A model generated the notes under the pieces. That model worked only from the letters and a program-made list of their open reading frames with translations. It was not told the origin of the DNA and made no database searches. Positions 1-7,916 of a DNA stretch of 11,919 bases are shown one piece after another (position 1 is the stretch's first letter; every line of letters begins with the position of its first letter). The DNA lies in NCBI GenBank assembly GCA_046581755.1, contig JAYGFR010000302.1, positions 1-11,919 on the forward strand, read 5' to 3'. Source of the stretch: Nitrospinota bacterium. Lineage in GTDB: Bacteria > UBA8248. A program made the translations under genes and the position numbers.

Positions 1-3000
1 GTGGGTCACATCGTCACGCTGTCTCAGGGTGTCGACCTGGCCGACCATCTCTTGGATCGACCGGAAGCCCAGCTTCGCCATCCATTCGCGCAGATCCTGC
101 GCGACAAAGGTCAGGAAATTCACGACGTGATCGGGAGACCCCATGAACTTCTCGCGAAGTTCCGGATTCTGCGTTGCCACCCCGACCGGGCATGTGTCCA
201 AATGACAGACGCGCATCATGATGCAGCCCATCGCTACCAGACCCGTCGTCGCGAACCCGAATTCTTCCGCACCCAGAAGGGTGGCGATGACGACGTCTCT
301 GCCGGTCTTTAGCTGACCATCCGTCTCGACGACAATGCGACTTCGGAGATTATTGATCACCAGCGTCTGATGCGTCTCGGCAAGCCCGAGTTCCCAGGGC
401 AGCCCCGCATTTTTGATGCTGGTTTGCGGCGACGCACCCGTTCCGCCGTCGTGTCCGCTGATCAGCACCACATCCGCGTGACCCTTCGCCACGCCGGCGG
501 CAATCGTCCCGACCCCGACTTCGGAAACAAGCTTGACGTTGATCCTCGCATTCATGTTCGAATTCTTCAAATCGTGGATCAGCTGAGCCAGATCTTCGAT
601 CGAGTAAATATCGTGGTGAGGCGGCGGAGAAATCAGGCCCACCCCGGGTGTGGAGTTCCGCGTCTTGGCGATCCAGGGGAACACCTTGCTTCCTGGCAGC
701 TGGCCCCCCTCGCCGGGCTTGGCGCCCTGGGCCATTTTGATCTGGAGATCGTCGGCGTTGACGAGATATTCGCTCGTGACCCCGAAGCGCCCCGAAGCCA
801 CCTGTTTGATCGCGCTTCGCCTGAGATCGCCGTTTTCGTCCGGGTAATATCGATCCGAGTCCTCTCCACCCTCGCCGGTATTGGACTTTCCGCCGATGCG
901 GTTCATCGCGATGGCGAGGGTTTGATGGGCCTCCAGGCTGATGGAGCCGTAGGACATCGCCCCGGTGGAGAAGCGCCTGAAGATTTCCTCGGCCGGTTCG
1001 ACCTCCTCAAGAGGAACCGGCTTGTCGGCCCACTTGAAATCGAACAGCCCCCGCAGGGTGGCGAGTTTTTCGGACTGGTTGTCCACCATCTCGGAATATT
1101 CCTTGAAGAGATTGTAGCGCCCGGTCATGGTCGCCTGCTGGAGCTTGAACACCGTCTCGGGGTTCAGCAGGTGATACTCCCCGTCGCGGCGCCACTGGAA
1201 CTCCCCGCCGCCGTCCAGGGCCATCTTTCTGGACGGGCGATCGGGGAACGCGCTCCGGCTCCGCATGAGCGCCTCCTCGGCCACGACGTCCAGGCCGATC
1301 CCCCCGATCCGGGATGAGGTCCAGGTGAAATACTTTTCCACGAATTTCTTGTCCAGCCCGACGGCCTCGAACACCTGGGCGCCAGTGTAGGACTGGATCG
1401 TGGAGATGCCCATCTTGGAGATGACTTTCAGGATGCCCTTGTTGAGGCCCTTGATGTACTGCTTCACCGCCGTCTCGTGGGACATATCCATCAACACCCG
1501 GCTCCGGAGCATATCGTCCAGCGACTCGAAGGCGAGGTAGGGGTTGATGGCGCTGGCCCCGTACCCGATCAGTAGGCACATGTGGTGCACCTGGCGCGCC
1601 TCCCCGGTCTCGATGACGAGGCCCGTCAGGGTCCTGGAGCCTTCGAGCACGAGGTAATGGTGAACCCCCGCCGTGGCCAGCAGCGCGGGGATGGGGGTCA
1701 TCTCTCTGGAGACGTCGCGGTCGGAGAGGATGACGATGTTGCACCCCTCCTTGATCGCCTCGGAGGCCTTTTTACAAATCTCGTCCAGTGCGTCCCGCAG
1801 GCCGTCGGCCCCTTTTTTCGTCTCGAAGAGAATCGGAATGGTGACGGATTTAAAGAAGGGGTGATCGAGATGATTCAGCTTCGCCATCTGGTCGTTGTCC
1901 AGGATCGGGGACTCGGCCATGATCTGCCGGCAGGACTCCGGCGTGGGCTCGAGGAGGTTTCCCTGGGGCCCGATGGTGATGGACATCTGGGTGATCAACT
2001 CCTCGCGGATGCAATCGAGGGGTGGGTTCGTCACCTGGGCGAAAAGCTGCTTGAAGTAATCGTAGAGCATCCTCGGGCGGTCCGAGAGGACGGCCAGCGC
2101 GGCGTCGGTCCCCATCGAGCCGACCGGGTCCTGGCCCTGCATGGCCATCGGCCCGAGGAATAACTGGATGTCCTCCTGGGTATAGCCGAAGGTCTTCTGG
2201 CGCTGGAGGACGGTTTCGTGATCGGGCTCGGGAATATGCGGGCTCTCGGGAAGATCGCCGATGGAAACGAGGTTGTCGCGGAGCCACTGGGCGTAGGAAT
2301 GGGCCGAGGTGTAGCGCTTTTTGATCTCCTCGTCCCCGATGATGCGCCCCTCGGCGGTGTCCACCAGGAAGATCCGCCCCGGATGGAGCCTCTCTTTGAG
2401 AAGGATGTTCTCCGGCGGGATGTCCAGCACCCCCACCTCGGAGGCCATGATGACGAGGCCGTCTTTCGTCACGTAATAGCGCGAGGGACGCAGCCCGTTC
2501 CGGTCGAGCACAGCCCCGGCCACCGTTCCGTCCGTGAAGGCGATGGAGGCGGGGCCGTCCCAGGGCTCCATGATGCAGCCATGGTACTGATAGAAAGCCT
2601 TTCGCTCCTCATCCATCGACTCGTGGCCGCTCCAGGGCTCCGGAATCATCATCAATACGGCGTGGGGAAGCTCACGGCCGGCCATGTAGAGAAACTCGAG
2701 AACGTTGTCGAATGTCGCCGAATCGCTCCCGCCCTCGAGGACGATCGGCAGGATCCGCTTCAGATCCGGTAAGAGGTCCGACTCGCAAATCGCCTCGCGG
2801 GCGTGCATCCAGTTGATATTGCCCCGGAGGGTGTTGATCTCACCGTTGTGGCACATGTAGCGGTAGGGATGCGCGAGCGGCCAGGAAGGAAACGTGTTCG
2901 TCGAAAAGCGCGAATGAACGAGAGCCAACGCGGACTCAAAGTCCATGTCCTGGAGGTCCTTGAAGAAAATCTCCACCTGATCGGTGGTCAGCATCCCCTT

Positions 3001-3612
3001 GTAAACCAAGGTCTGGGCCGAGAGGCTCGGGATATGAAAGTAAAGCCGCTCGGTCAGCTCACTTTTTGCGACGGCGTGTTCGATGCGCTTGCGGATGACA
3101 TAGAGCTTCCGCTCGATGTCCATCCGGCCGGCATCCTCCGCGAATCCGCCGATGAAAACCTGCCGAAAGCGGGGCACGACGGACAGCGCGGTCGCCCCCA
3201 GCGGGGACTGATCGACCGGAACCTCGCGCCAGCCGAGGAGGGTGCATCCTTCCTCGGCGATGACCGACTCGAACATCTCCTCGCACTGGTTGGCCTGAAT
3301 CGGATCGGAAGGCAGGAAGACCATCCCGGCTCCATAGCGGTTCGGCCCGGGCAGCGATATATGGGCCCGGGGGCAGACCTTCCGGAAAAATTTGTCCGGC
3401 ATATTGACTAAAAGTCCAGCCCCATCGCCTGTATTCACCTCCGAGCCCCTCGCGCCCCGGTGGGTAAGGTTATTCAGCGCCGTCAAGGCATACTCGACGA
3501 TCCGGCTGGACCTGCGGCCCAGGATATCCACCACGAACGCCACCCCGCACGAATCGTGCTCAAACGCGGGGTCGTAGAGGCCGGGACCAGAATTATCAGT
3601 ATTCATTGCCAT
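1..3612 (-). CDS. gltB: Glutamate synthase large subunit (3' end truncated by left window edge, ~1204 codons visible)
   Basis: Hand translation from ATG 3612 (AGGTGA RBS just upstream) gives [28 protein letters not shown], containing the Ntn-amidotransferase Cys. Sampled segments in the same frame give [38 protein letters not shown], the 3Fe-4S motif [16 protein letters not shown], and EMVGQVDTL near base 30. The frame is the same at both ends. It is absent from the ORF track, most likely because no stop lies inside the window. Confidence 0.98.
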   Translation of the reverse strand, partial: MAMNTDNSGPGLYDPAFEHDSCGVAFVVDILGRRSSRIVEYALTALNNLTHRGARGSEVNTGDGAGLLVNMPDKFFRKVCPRAHISLPGPNRYGAGMVFLPSDPIQANQCEEMFESVIAEEGCTLLGWREVPVDQSPLGATALSVVPRFRQVFIGGFAEDAGRMDIERKLYVIRKRIEHAVAKSELTERLYFHIPSLSAQTLVYKGMLTTDQVEIFFKDLQDMDFESALALVHSRFSTNTFPSWPLAHPYRYMCHNGEINTLRGNINWMHAREAICESDLLPDLKRILPIVLEGGSDSATFDNVLEFLYMAGRELPHAVLMMIPEPWSGHESMDEERKAFYQYHGCIMEPWDGPASIAFTDGTVAGAVLDRNGLRPSRYYVTKDGLVIMASEVGVLDIPPENILLKERLHPGRIFLVDTAEGRIIGDEEIKKRYTSAHSYAQWLRDNLVSIGDLPESPHIPEPDHETVLQRQKTFGYTQEDIQLFLGPMAMQGQDPVGSMGTDAALAVLSDRPRMLYDYFKQLFAQVTNPPLDCIREELITQMSITIGPQGNLLEPTPESCRQIMAESPILDNDQMAKLNHLDHPFFKSVTIPILFETKKGADGLRDALDEICKKASEAIKEGCNIVILSDRDVSREMTPIPALLATAGVHHYLVLEGSRTLTGLVIETGEARQVHHMCLLIGYGASAINPYLAFESLDDMLRSRVLMDMSHETAVKQYIKGLNKGILKVISKMGISTIQSYTGAQVFEAVGLDKKFVEKYFTWTSSRIGGIGLDVVAEEALMRSRSAFPDRPSRKMALDGGGEFQWRRDGEYHLLNPETVFKLQQATMTGRYNLFKEYSEMVDNQSEKLATLRGLFDFKWADKPVPLEEVEPAEEIFRRFSTGAMSYGSISLEAHQTLAIAMNRIGGKSNTGEGGEDSDRYYPDENGDLRRSAIKQVASGRFGVTSEYLVNADDLQIKMAQGAKPGEGGQLPGSKVFPWIAKTRNSTPGVGLISPPPHHDIYSIEDLAQLIHDLKNSNMNARINVKLVSEVGVGTIAAGVAKGHADVVLISGHDGGTGASPQTSIKNAGLPWELGLAETHQTLVINNLRSRIVVETDGQLKTGRDVVIATLLGAEEFGFATTGLVAMGCIMMRVCHLDTCPVGVATQNPELREKFMGSPDHVVNFLTFVAQDLREWMAKLGFRSIQEMVGQVDTLRQRDDVTH

Positions 3613-3637
3613 GGATTCACCTAACCTTATTTTCTAT

Positions 3638-3672
3638 CAAAAGAATTCCTCCCCCCCAGAGGGAGAAGGAAT
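3638..3672 (-). terminator. Intrinsic-terminator-like hairpin in the gltB leader
   Basis: Minus-strand RNA reads AUUCCUUCUCCC-UCUG-GGGGGGAGGAAU followed by UCUUUUG. The 12-bp stem has two G-U pairs that only pair on the minus strand. It ends ~25 nt before the gltB ATG. Confidence 0.55.
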
Positions 3673-3696
3673 CGCCCTCTTAATGGAGGGCCGCTA

Positions 3697-3725
3697 ACAA
3701 TACACGAGATCGAAGCATAATCCAA
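3697..3725 (-). promoter_or_regulatory. Putative sigma70-type promoter for gltB
   Basis: TTGGAT (3725-3720), 17-nt spacer, TATTGT (3702-3697). Implied start site near 3690-3692. Confidence 0.45.
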
Positions 3726-3743
3726 GCATCGAATATTAACACA

Positions 3744-3766
3744 TTGCATTAGTATCCCTAATACAA
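3744..3766. promoter_or_regulatory. Palindromic transcription-factor site upstream of the gltB promoter
   Basis: TTGCATTAG-TATCC-CTAATACAA is an inverted repeat with 8/9 match, lying in an AT-rich patch and containing T-N11-A (3749/3761). Confidence 0.5.
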
Positions 3767-4075
3767 AAAGGGTGAATTCCCCATTAATATCGATACCATT
3801 TGGCTCTATTGCCGAGTGGTCTAGACGAACCGCTTTTCGCGGGGAGCTATGTATCCCGAAAACTCGATCCTTTTGATTCATTGTCTTTTTTGACTTCGGC
3901 TGACCACTCATTTCGGTGGCCGGTGGCCCCCAGCAAAGCATCCGGTTCCCCTTCCCTCCTCGTCATACCTAGGGTTGCCCGATGGGGGGAGGCTCCGCTT
4001 ATGACGAAAGAATTCGTCCGCTTTTGTTCTCTCCCTGAATGAATAAATGATGGGAAAACCACGAGGGCGAAAAGA

Positions 4076-4531
4076 TTATCCGGCTCCGCCTTCGTCTTGC
4101 TCGAGAAACCTCTGGGCCTCGGCCATCTCGCGAAAGTGGGCGCAGGTGTCGATGAAGTTTTTTTCCATTCGCTCGAACAACTGCTCAATCTGGGCCGGGG
4201 TGAGAACATCCATGAGCTCGGCAAAGACAACTTCCCATGTGTATGTGCCCCGTTCGCCTCGGGCCATCTCCTTTCTGGAAAGAGTCAGTTCGTCGTAGAC
4301 CTCGTGTTCGTGATCGAGCAATTCACGGAGTACGGGCTCGTAATTGGGGTCATCGTTATGCACATATCGCATGAGATAGGGCTTGAAGTTTCGGACCCTG
4401 TGCAATCTTTTCATGTTGGCATTCCTCCAGCGAGTGGATTCTTGCCGGGGAGCCAGTTCATTCGCCCGGGTATCGGGTGGCAATCCATAAATGGTAGAAT
4501 ATTCATTATACCTTCTAAAATTATACGGCAT
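4076..4531 (-). CDS. Hypothetical protein, 151 aa (basic N-terminus, acidic helical C-terminus)
   Basis: Strong RBS AAGGAGAG directly before the ATG, protein-like amphipathic helical pattern, and it does not overlap any of the well-supported genes. No family recognised. Confidence 0.8.
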   Translation of the reverse strand: MPYNFRRYNEYSTIYGLPPDTRANELAPRQESTRWRNANMKRLHRVRNFKPYLMRYVHNDDPNYEPVLRELLDHEHEVYDELTLSRKEMARGERGTYTWEVVFAELMDVLTPAQIEQLFERMEKNFIDTCAHFREMAEAQRFLEQDEGGAG

Positions 4532-4540
4532 TTCTCTCCT

Positions 4541-4732
4541 TTATTCAAATTCTGGCCTATGGACCCTTTCTCCAGCGGTGTCTCTCGCAGAGATATCATC
4601 AAGTTCGCAGAAAAACACATCTGAGGCCGCTCCTAGAGCCAAAATCACGGTGCATAAGAGGATTCTTCCTTTTGTGGGCGCAGCGGTCCCATCTCTTTCA
4701 GGTTTCCCCCCTTTCAATCCCGCGTCGCCCAT
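4541..4732 (-). CDS. Possible small protein, 63 aa, with one hydrophobic stretch
   Basis: Hydrophobic segment ILLCTVILALGAA, and its TAA abuts the RBS of the 151-aa gene. It has no clear RBS of its own and may be non-coding promoter sequence. Confidence 0.2.
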   Translation of the reverse strand: MGDAGLKGGKPERDGTAAPTKGRILLCTVILALGAASDVFFCELDDISARDTAGERVHRPEFE

Positions 4733-4917
4733 AGCCGAAAACCGCTCTGTCGTGACGAGTTCGTGGGAAGGGCAAATATTCTTTATCCCACTGAAACTGG
4801 GGTAAGATACGATTTTCCTAGAGTCCCGATTTATGGAGATATATTAGATTTTTTTCTGAACTCATTTTTCAGCAAAAAGACTCTTCCATGAATGGGCACC
4901 TGTTTAGGCGGCTGGGA

Positions 4918-6090
4918 ATGTCTTCAAAAATCTTCGAGAATGCATTGGAGCGCGTAAGGGCCCATCTGAATTCGGGGCATTTCGAGGAGGCTCTCGCCGA
5001 GGCGGACGACCTTTCCCGGCGCTATCCCGGCGCACCTGATCCCCATGTTTGCCGGGGCCTGGCTTGTGCGGCTCTTGAGCGTTACGAAGAAGAAGTCTTC
5101 GCCTACGAGGCGGCCATAGCTCTCGCGCCCAAGCACATCGATGCCTGGATGAATCTCGGTGTGGCCCATCTTTCAGCGGCACGCGGCGGGCCTGCCCGTG
5201 AAGCGTTTAAAGAGGTCCTGAAGGTTCGTCCAAAGGACATTCAGGCACGCCTTCATTTGGCCCAGGCCTACCTGATTGAAGAGTCCCCCAAAGATGCGGC
5301 TCTAATTCTGGATGAGGTGACACGCGAGTATCCAAACCAAGGCGAGGCTTGGCTGAATTTGGGTGTGTCCTACGCAAGTCTGGGAAAAAAAGGAGAGGCC
5401 GCGAAGTCTTTCTCGAAGGCCCAGGGGCTCCTTCCCAACGATCCGCAGCCTTACTTAAATTTGGGGGCCTTGTGTTACTCGGAGGGCAAAATTTCAGACG
5501 CCGTGGATTCCTACATCGACGCCTTGCGGCTGACGCCTGATGATGCCGATGCGCACTTTAATCTGGCGTTGGCTCACCTTGCCCAGGAGAATTACACTCC
5601 CGCCCTCGAGCAACTCAGGGAAGTGTGCCACCTTCGTCCGAACGATTTGGAGGCCTGGGTGCACTTGGGAAACGCACTCTTGAAAATGGATAACTCCCAA
5701 GGCGCGGCAGAGGCATACAACGAGGCCCTTCGCTTGGAGCCTGAGCGTGCGGAGGCTCACTACAACCTGGGGGTGATTCACGCTCGAGGTGAACGCACTC
5801 AGGAGGCCATCGAGTCCTTTCGCAAGGCCTTAGTCTATAATCCCGACGACGTTGAGGCCCGCATTTACTTGGGGGTCGTTTACATGGCGAGAAACGAATT
5901 TCCAGAAGCCTTGCAGGAGTTCGAGAGGGCCGTTCAAAAGAATTCCGACCACGCCGAGGCCCGCTACAATTTAGGGTTGGCCCTGTGTCGTCTAGGCAAA
6001 AAAGATGAAGCTCAGGAGCACTACTTCCGCCTCCTCGACGACCACCCGGACCTCGCAGCGCAACTAAACACCTGGATTCACTCCATGTAG
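4918..6090 (+). CDS. Tetratricopeptide repeat (TPR) protein, ~10 tandem repeats
   Basis: Recurrent 34-aa TPR pattern (AWMNLGVA, AWLNLGVS, PYLNLGAL, AHFNLALA, AWVHLGNA, AHYNLGVI, ARIYLGVV, ARYNLGLA, each followed by A...A...P). Start is 4918 (AGGCGG upstream) or 4888. Confidence 0.93.
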   Translation: MSSKIFENALERVRAHLNSGHFEEALAEADDLSRRYPGAPDPHVCRGLACAALERYEEEVFAYEAAIALAPKHIDAWMNLGVAHLSAARGGPAREAFKEVLKVRPKDIQARLHLAQAYLIEESPKDAALILDEVTREYPNQGEAWLNLGVSYASLGKKGEAAKSFSKAQGLLPNDPQPYLNLGALCYSEGKISDAVDSYIDALRLTPDDADAHFNLALAHLAQENYTPALEQLREVCHLRPNDLEAWVHLGNALLKMDNSQGAAEAYNEALRLEPERAEAHYNLGVIHARGERTQEAIESFRKALVYNPDDVEARIYLGVVYMARNEFPEALQEFERAVQKNSDHAEARYNLGLALCRLGKKDEAQEHYFRLLDDHPDLAAQLNTWIHSM

Positions 6091-7606
6091 GCGCTTCCGG
6101 CGCCCCAACCGCCGAAGAGAATTCGGTGGGATTCCTGGACTCTGGCGGCGTCCCGCCGGAGCAGTTCGGCCTCGCCGAGACTGGGGTCGCTTTTTCGCGT
6201 GGGTTGGGGCCCTGGCCGGCCCTCCACTTGAAGAAGGGAAGGGCCTGGGCGGGGAACATGGCGTAGCTGATGGCGTCCCGATCGCTCTGGAGCAGACCCT
6301 GCGCATCGAGCTCGGCGCGGCACTGATCCAGGGAGCTGGGGGGAATTTCCATGGGGGCATCGTAGTCGATGAGATCGGCGTGTCCGACGATCCTCCGCTG
6401 AAGGCCGGGGTCTATCTGCCCCATGGGTTTGCCGTAAACGCCGTTGACGTAGTCCACGAGCTGCCTGGAGCGCTGGTAGTCGTCCCCGCGCAAGATGGTA
6501 AAGGCGGTCTCCACCCCGACGATCTGGCTCGTGGGGGTGACGAGCGGAGGATATCCCAGCTTCTTCCAGATGACGGGGAAGAGCTTGAGCATCTCGCTGG
6601 TCTTTGCGCTCAGACCCATGTCCGAGAGCTGGACGATGTAGTTGCTCCACATGCCGCCGGGGATTTTGTGCTCCAGGGCGGATACGTCAACCGGCACATG
6701 GGAGTGGGCGAGGTGGCGCTGTTCGGCGTAGGGAAGGAAGTAGTCCCGGATGGCGGGGAGGAGGTCCATCCACAGATTCACCTCACGGGAGGCGCCGCCG
6801 AACATCTCGGCCAGGGTCTCGACGGCGGGCAGGGAGGTGGACTGGCTCAGGGTGGAGATGGCTCCGTCGATGACGTTAGCCCCGGCCTTGACGGCCGCGA
6901 AACAGGTGGCGGGGGCCAGGCCGCTTGAGTAGTGGCTGTGAACCTGGATCAGGAGGCGGGGAAACTTAGCCCGCACCGCGCGGACCACCCGCGCGACGGT
7001 ACCGGGCTTGGCGACCCCGGCCATGTCCTTGATGCAGAAGCTCTCATCCGGGCTACCGGGATCAAGCAGACCGCATTCGACCAGGGTCTCGACGAATCCG
7101 ATATAGTATTCCGGTGTGTGGAGGGGGCTTTCAGTGTAGCTGGCGCAGACCTGGTTGTGGCCCCCGGCCTCGCGCACGAAACGCACGGCATTCTCCAGGT
7201 TCCGGGGGTCGTTCATGGCATCAAAGGTGCGGAAGATGTCGATGCCGGCGCGGCGGGCTTCGTGGATGAAGGCGCGCAGGACGTCGTTGGGGATCTTGCC
7301 GTAGCCAACACCGTTCTGGCCCCGGAGAAGCATCTGGAGGGGGGTGTTGCGTGCGCGTTCCTTGAGGCGCTCGAGATTCTCCCAAGGGTCTTCGGCCAGG
7401 TAGCGCAGGGCGGTGTCGAAGGTGGCGCCGCCCCAAACCTCGAGCGAGAAAAAGCCCGCCTCGTCGATCTCGGGGAAAGCGCCCAGCGCCATCTCGTTGG
7501 TCATGCGGGTGGCCCAGAGGGATTGGTGGGCGTCCCTGAGGGTGGAGTCAGCTATCTCGACCTCCGGGGTATCCAGAAGGCGTTGCACTTTCACTGCGAG
7601 ACTCAT
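6078..7606 (-). CDS. Pyruvate/oxaloacetate carboxyltransferase (pyruvate carboxylase subunit B / OadA / transcarboxylase 5S-like), no biotinyl domain; 3' end uncertain (6078 with a -1 shift at 6191-6195, otherwise 5615)
   Basis: Motifs TLRDAHQSL, EVWGGATFD, DPWE, QMLLRGQN, IKDMAG, HSH, IPGGM and GYPPLVTPTSQIVG. RBS GGGGAG before ATG 7606. No AMKM biotin site. Family-like sequence ends near codon 460, and the zero-frame tail overlaps the TPR gene antisense by 476 nt. Confidence 0.9.
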
Positions 7607-7672
7607 GCGGTGGAACTCCCCTTACCCGGGTGGCTTCCGCATGATATAGGCTTCGCTGCCCAGGCAGGCGAG

Positions 7673-7701
7673 ATTATGCGTCCGCAACCGCTGTTTTCCA
7701 A
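7673..7701 (-). promoter_or_regulatory. Putative sigma70-type promoter for the carboxyltransferase gene
   Basis: TTGGAA (7701-7696), 17-nt spacer, CATAAT (7678-7673), ~65 nt before ATG 7606. Confidence 0.45.
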
Positions 7702-7729
7702 GGTCTGAACCAATCACCTTCTTCTTGCA

Positions 7730-7750
7730 ACTTCCCGCTCACCGGGAAGT
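7730..7750. other. Perfect 8-bp stem-loop in the intergenic region (possible terminator or operator)
   Basis: ACTTCCCG-CTCAC-CGGGAAGT, with no U-tract on either strand. Confidence 0.3.
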
Positions 7751-7916
7751 GTGCATCTCAATTATTGAAACTCCAGTAAAATGAACGAATCATCGAGGTA
7801 GATCCATTGATTAGCACCGTGGATTGCCTCCTCCGAGCCAACTTCTTAACCTGCTCAATCTACATGGCGCTATTGCCAGTTCAAATTCCTGGAGTCCCTC
7901 CAAATTACCTCTTGCC

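Noticed and set aside
1..3577. Long plus-strand ORFs (1-312, 370-1317, 1582-2163, 2218-2772, 2803-3411) and off-frame minus ORFs
   Set aside because: They are antisense or alternate-frame shadows of the GC-rich gltB coding sequence and have no independent motifs.
3802..3872. tRNA-like start GGCTCTATTGCCGAGTGGTCTAGACG with a following hairpin
   Set aside because: The resemblance is limited to the D-arm. There is no GTTCRA T-arm, no complementary 3' acceptor strand, and the anticodon stem is poor.
3895..3990. Partial resemblance to c-di-GMP-I (GCAAAGC..CCGG), c-di-AMP (GGGGAACC, GTCAGC), guanidine-I (CTAGGGTT) riboswitches and an HDV-like ribozyme (TCCTCG)
   Set aside because: Only isolated short words match. 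The required companion motifs and helices are absent in each case.
3627..4298. ORFs 3627-3941, 3800-4042, 3847-4230 and 4047-4298
   Set aside because: They lack convincing RBS or protein-like composition and overlap regulatory sequence or the 151-aa gene.
4097..4805. ORFs 4097-4624 (+), 4411-4620 (-) and 4491-4805 (+)
   Set aside because: They overlap the better-supported 4076-4531 gene, which has a strong RBS.
5615..6077. Zero-frame C-terminal extension of the 663-aa carboxyltransferase ORF as a real domain
   Set aside because: It is Pro/Arg/Ser/Cys-rich, has no AMKM biotin motif, and lies antisense to well-formed TPR repeats.
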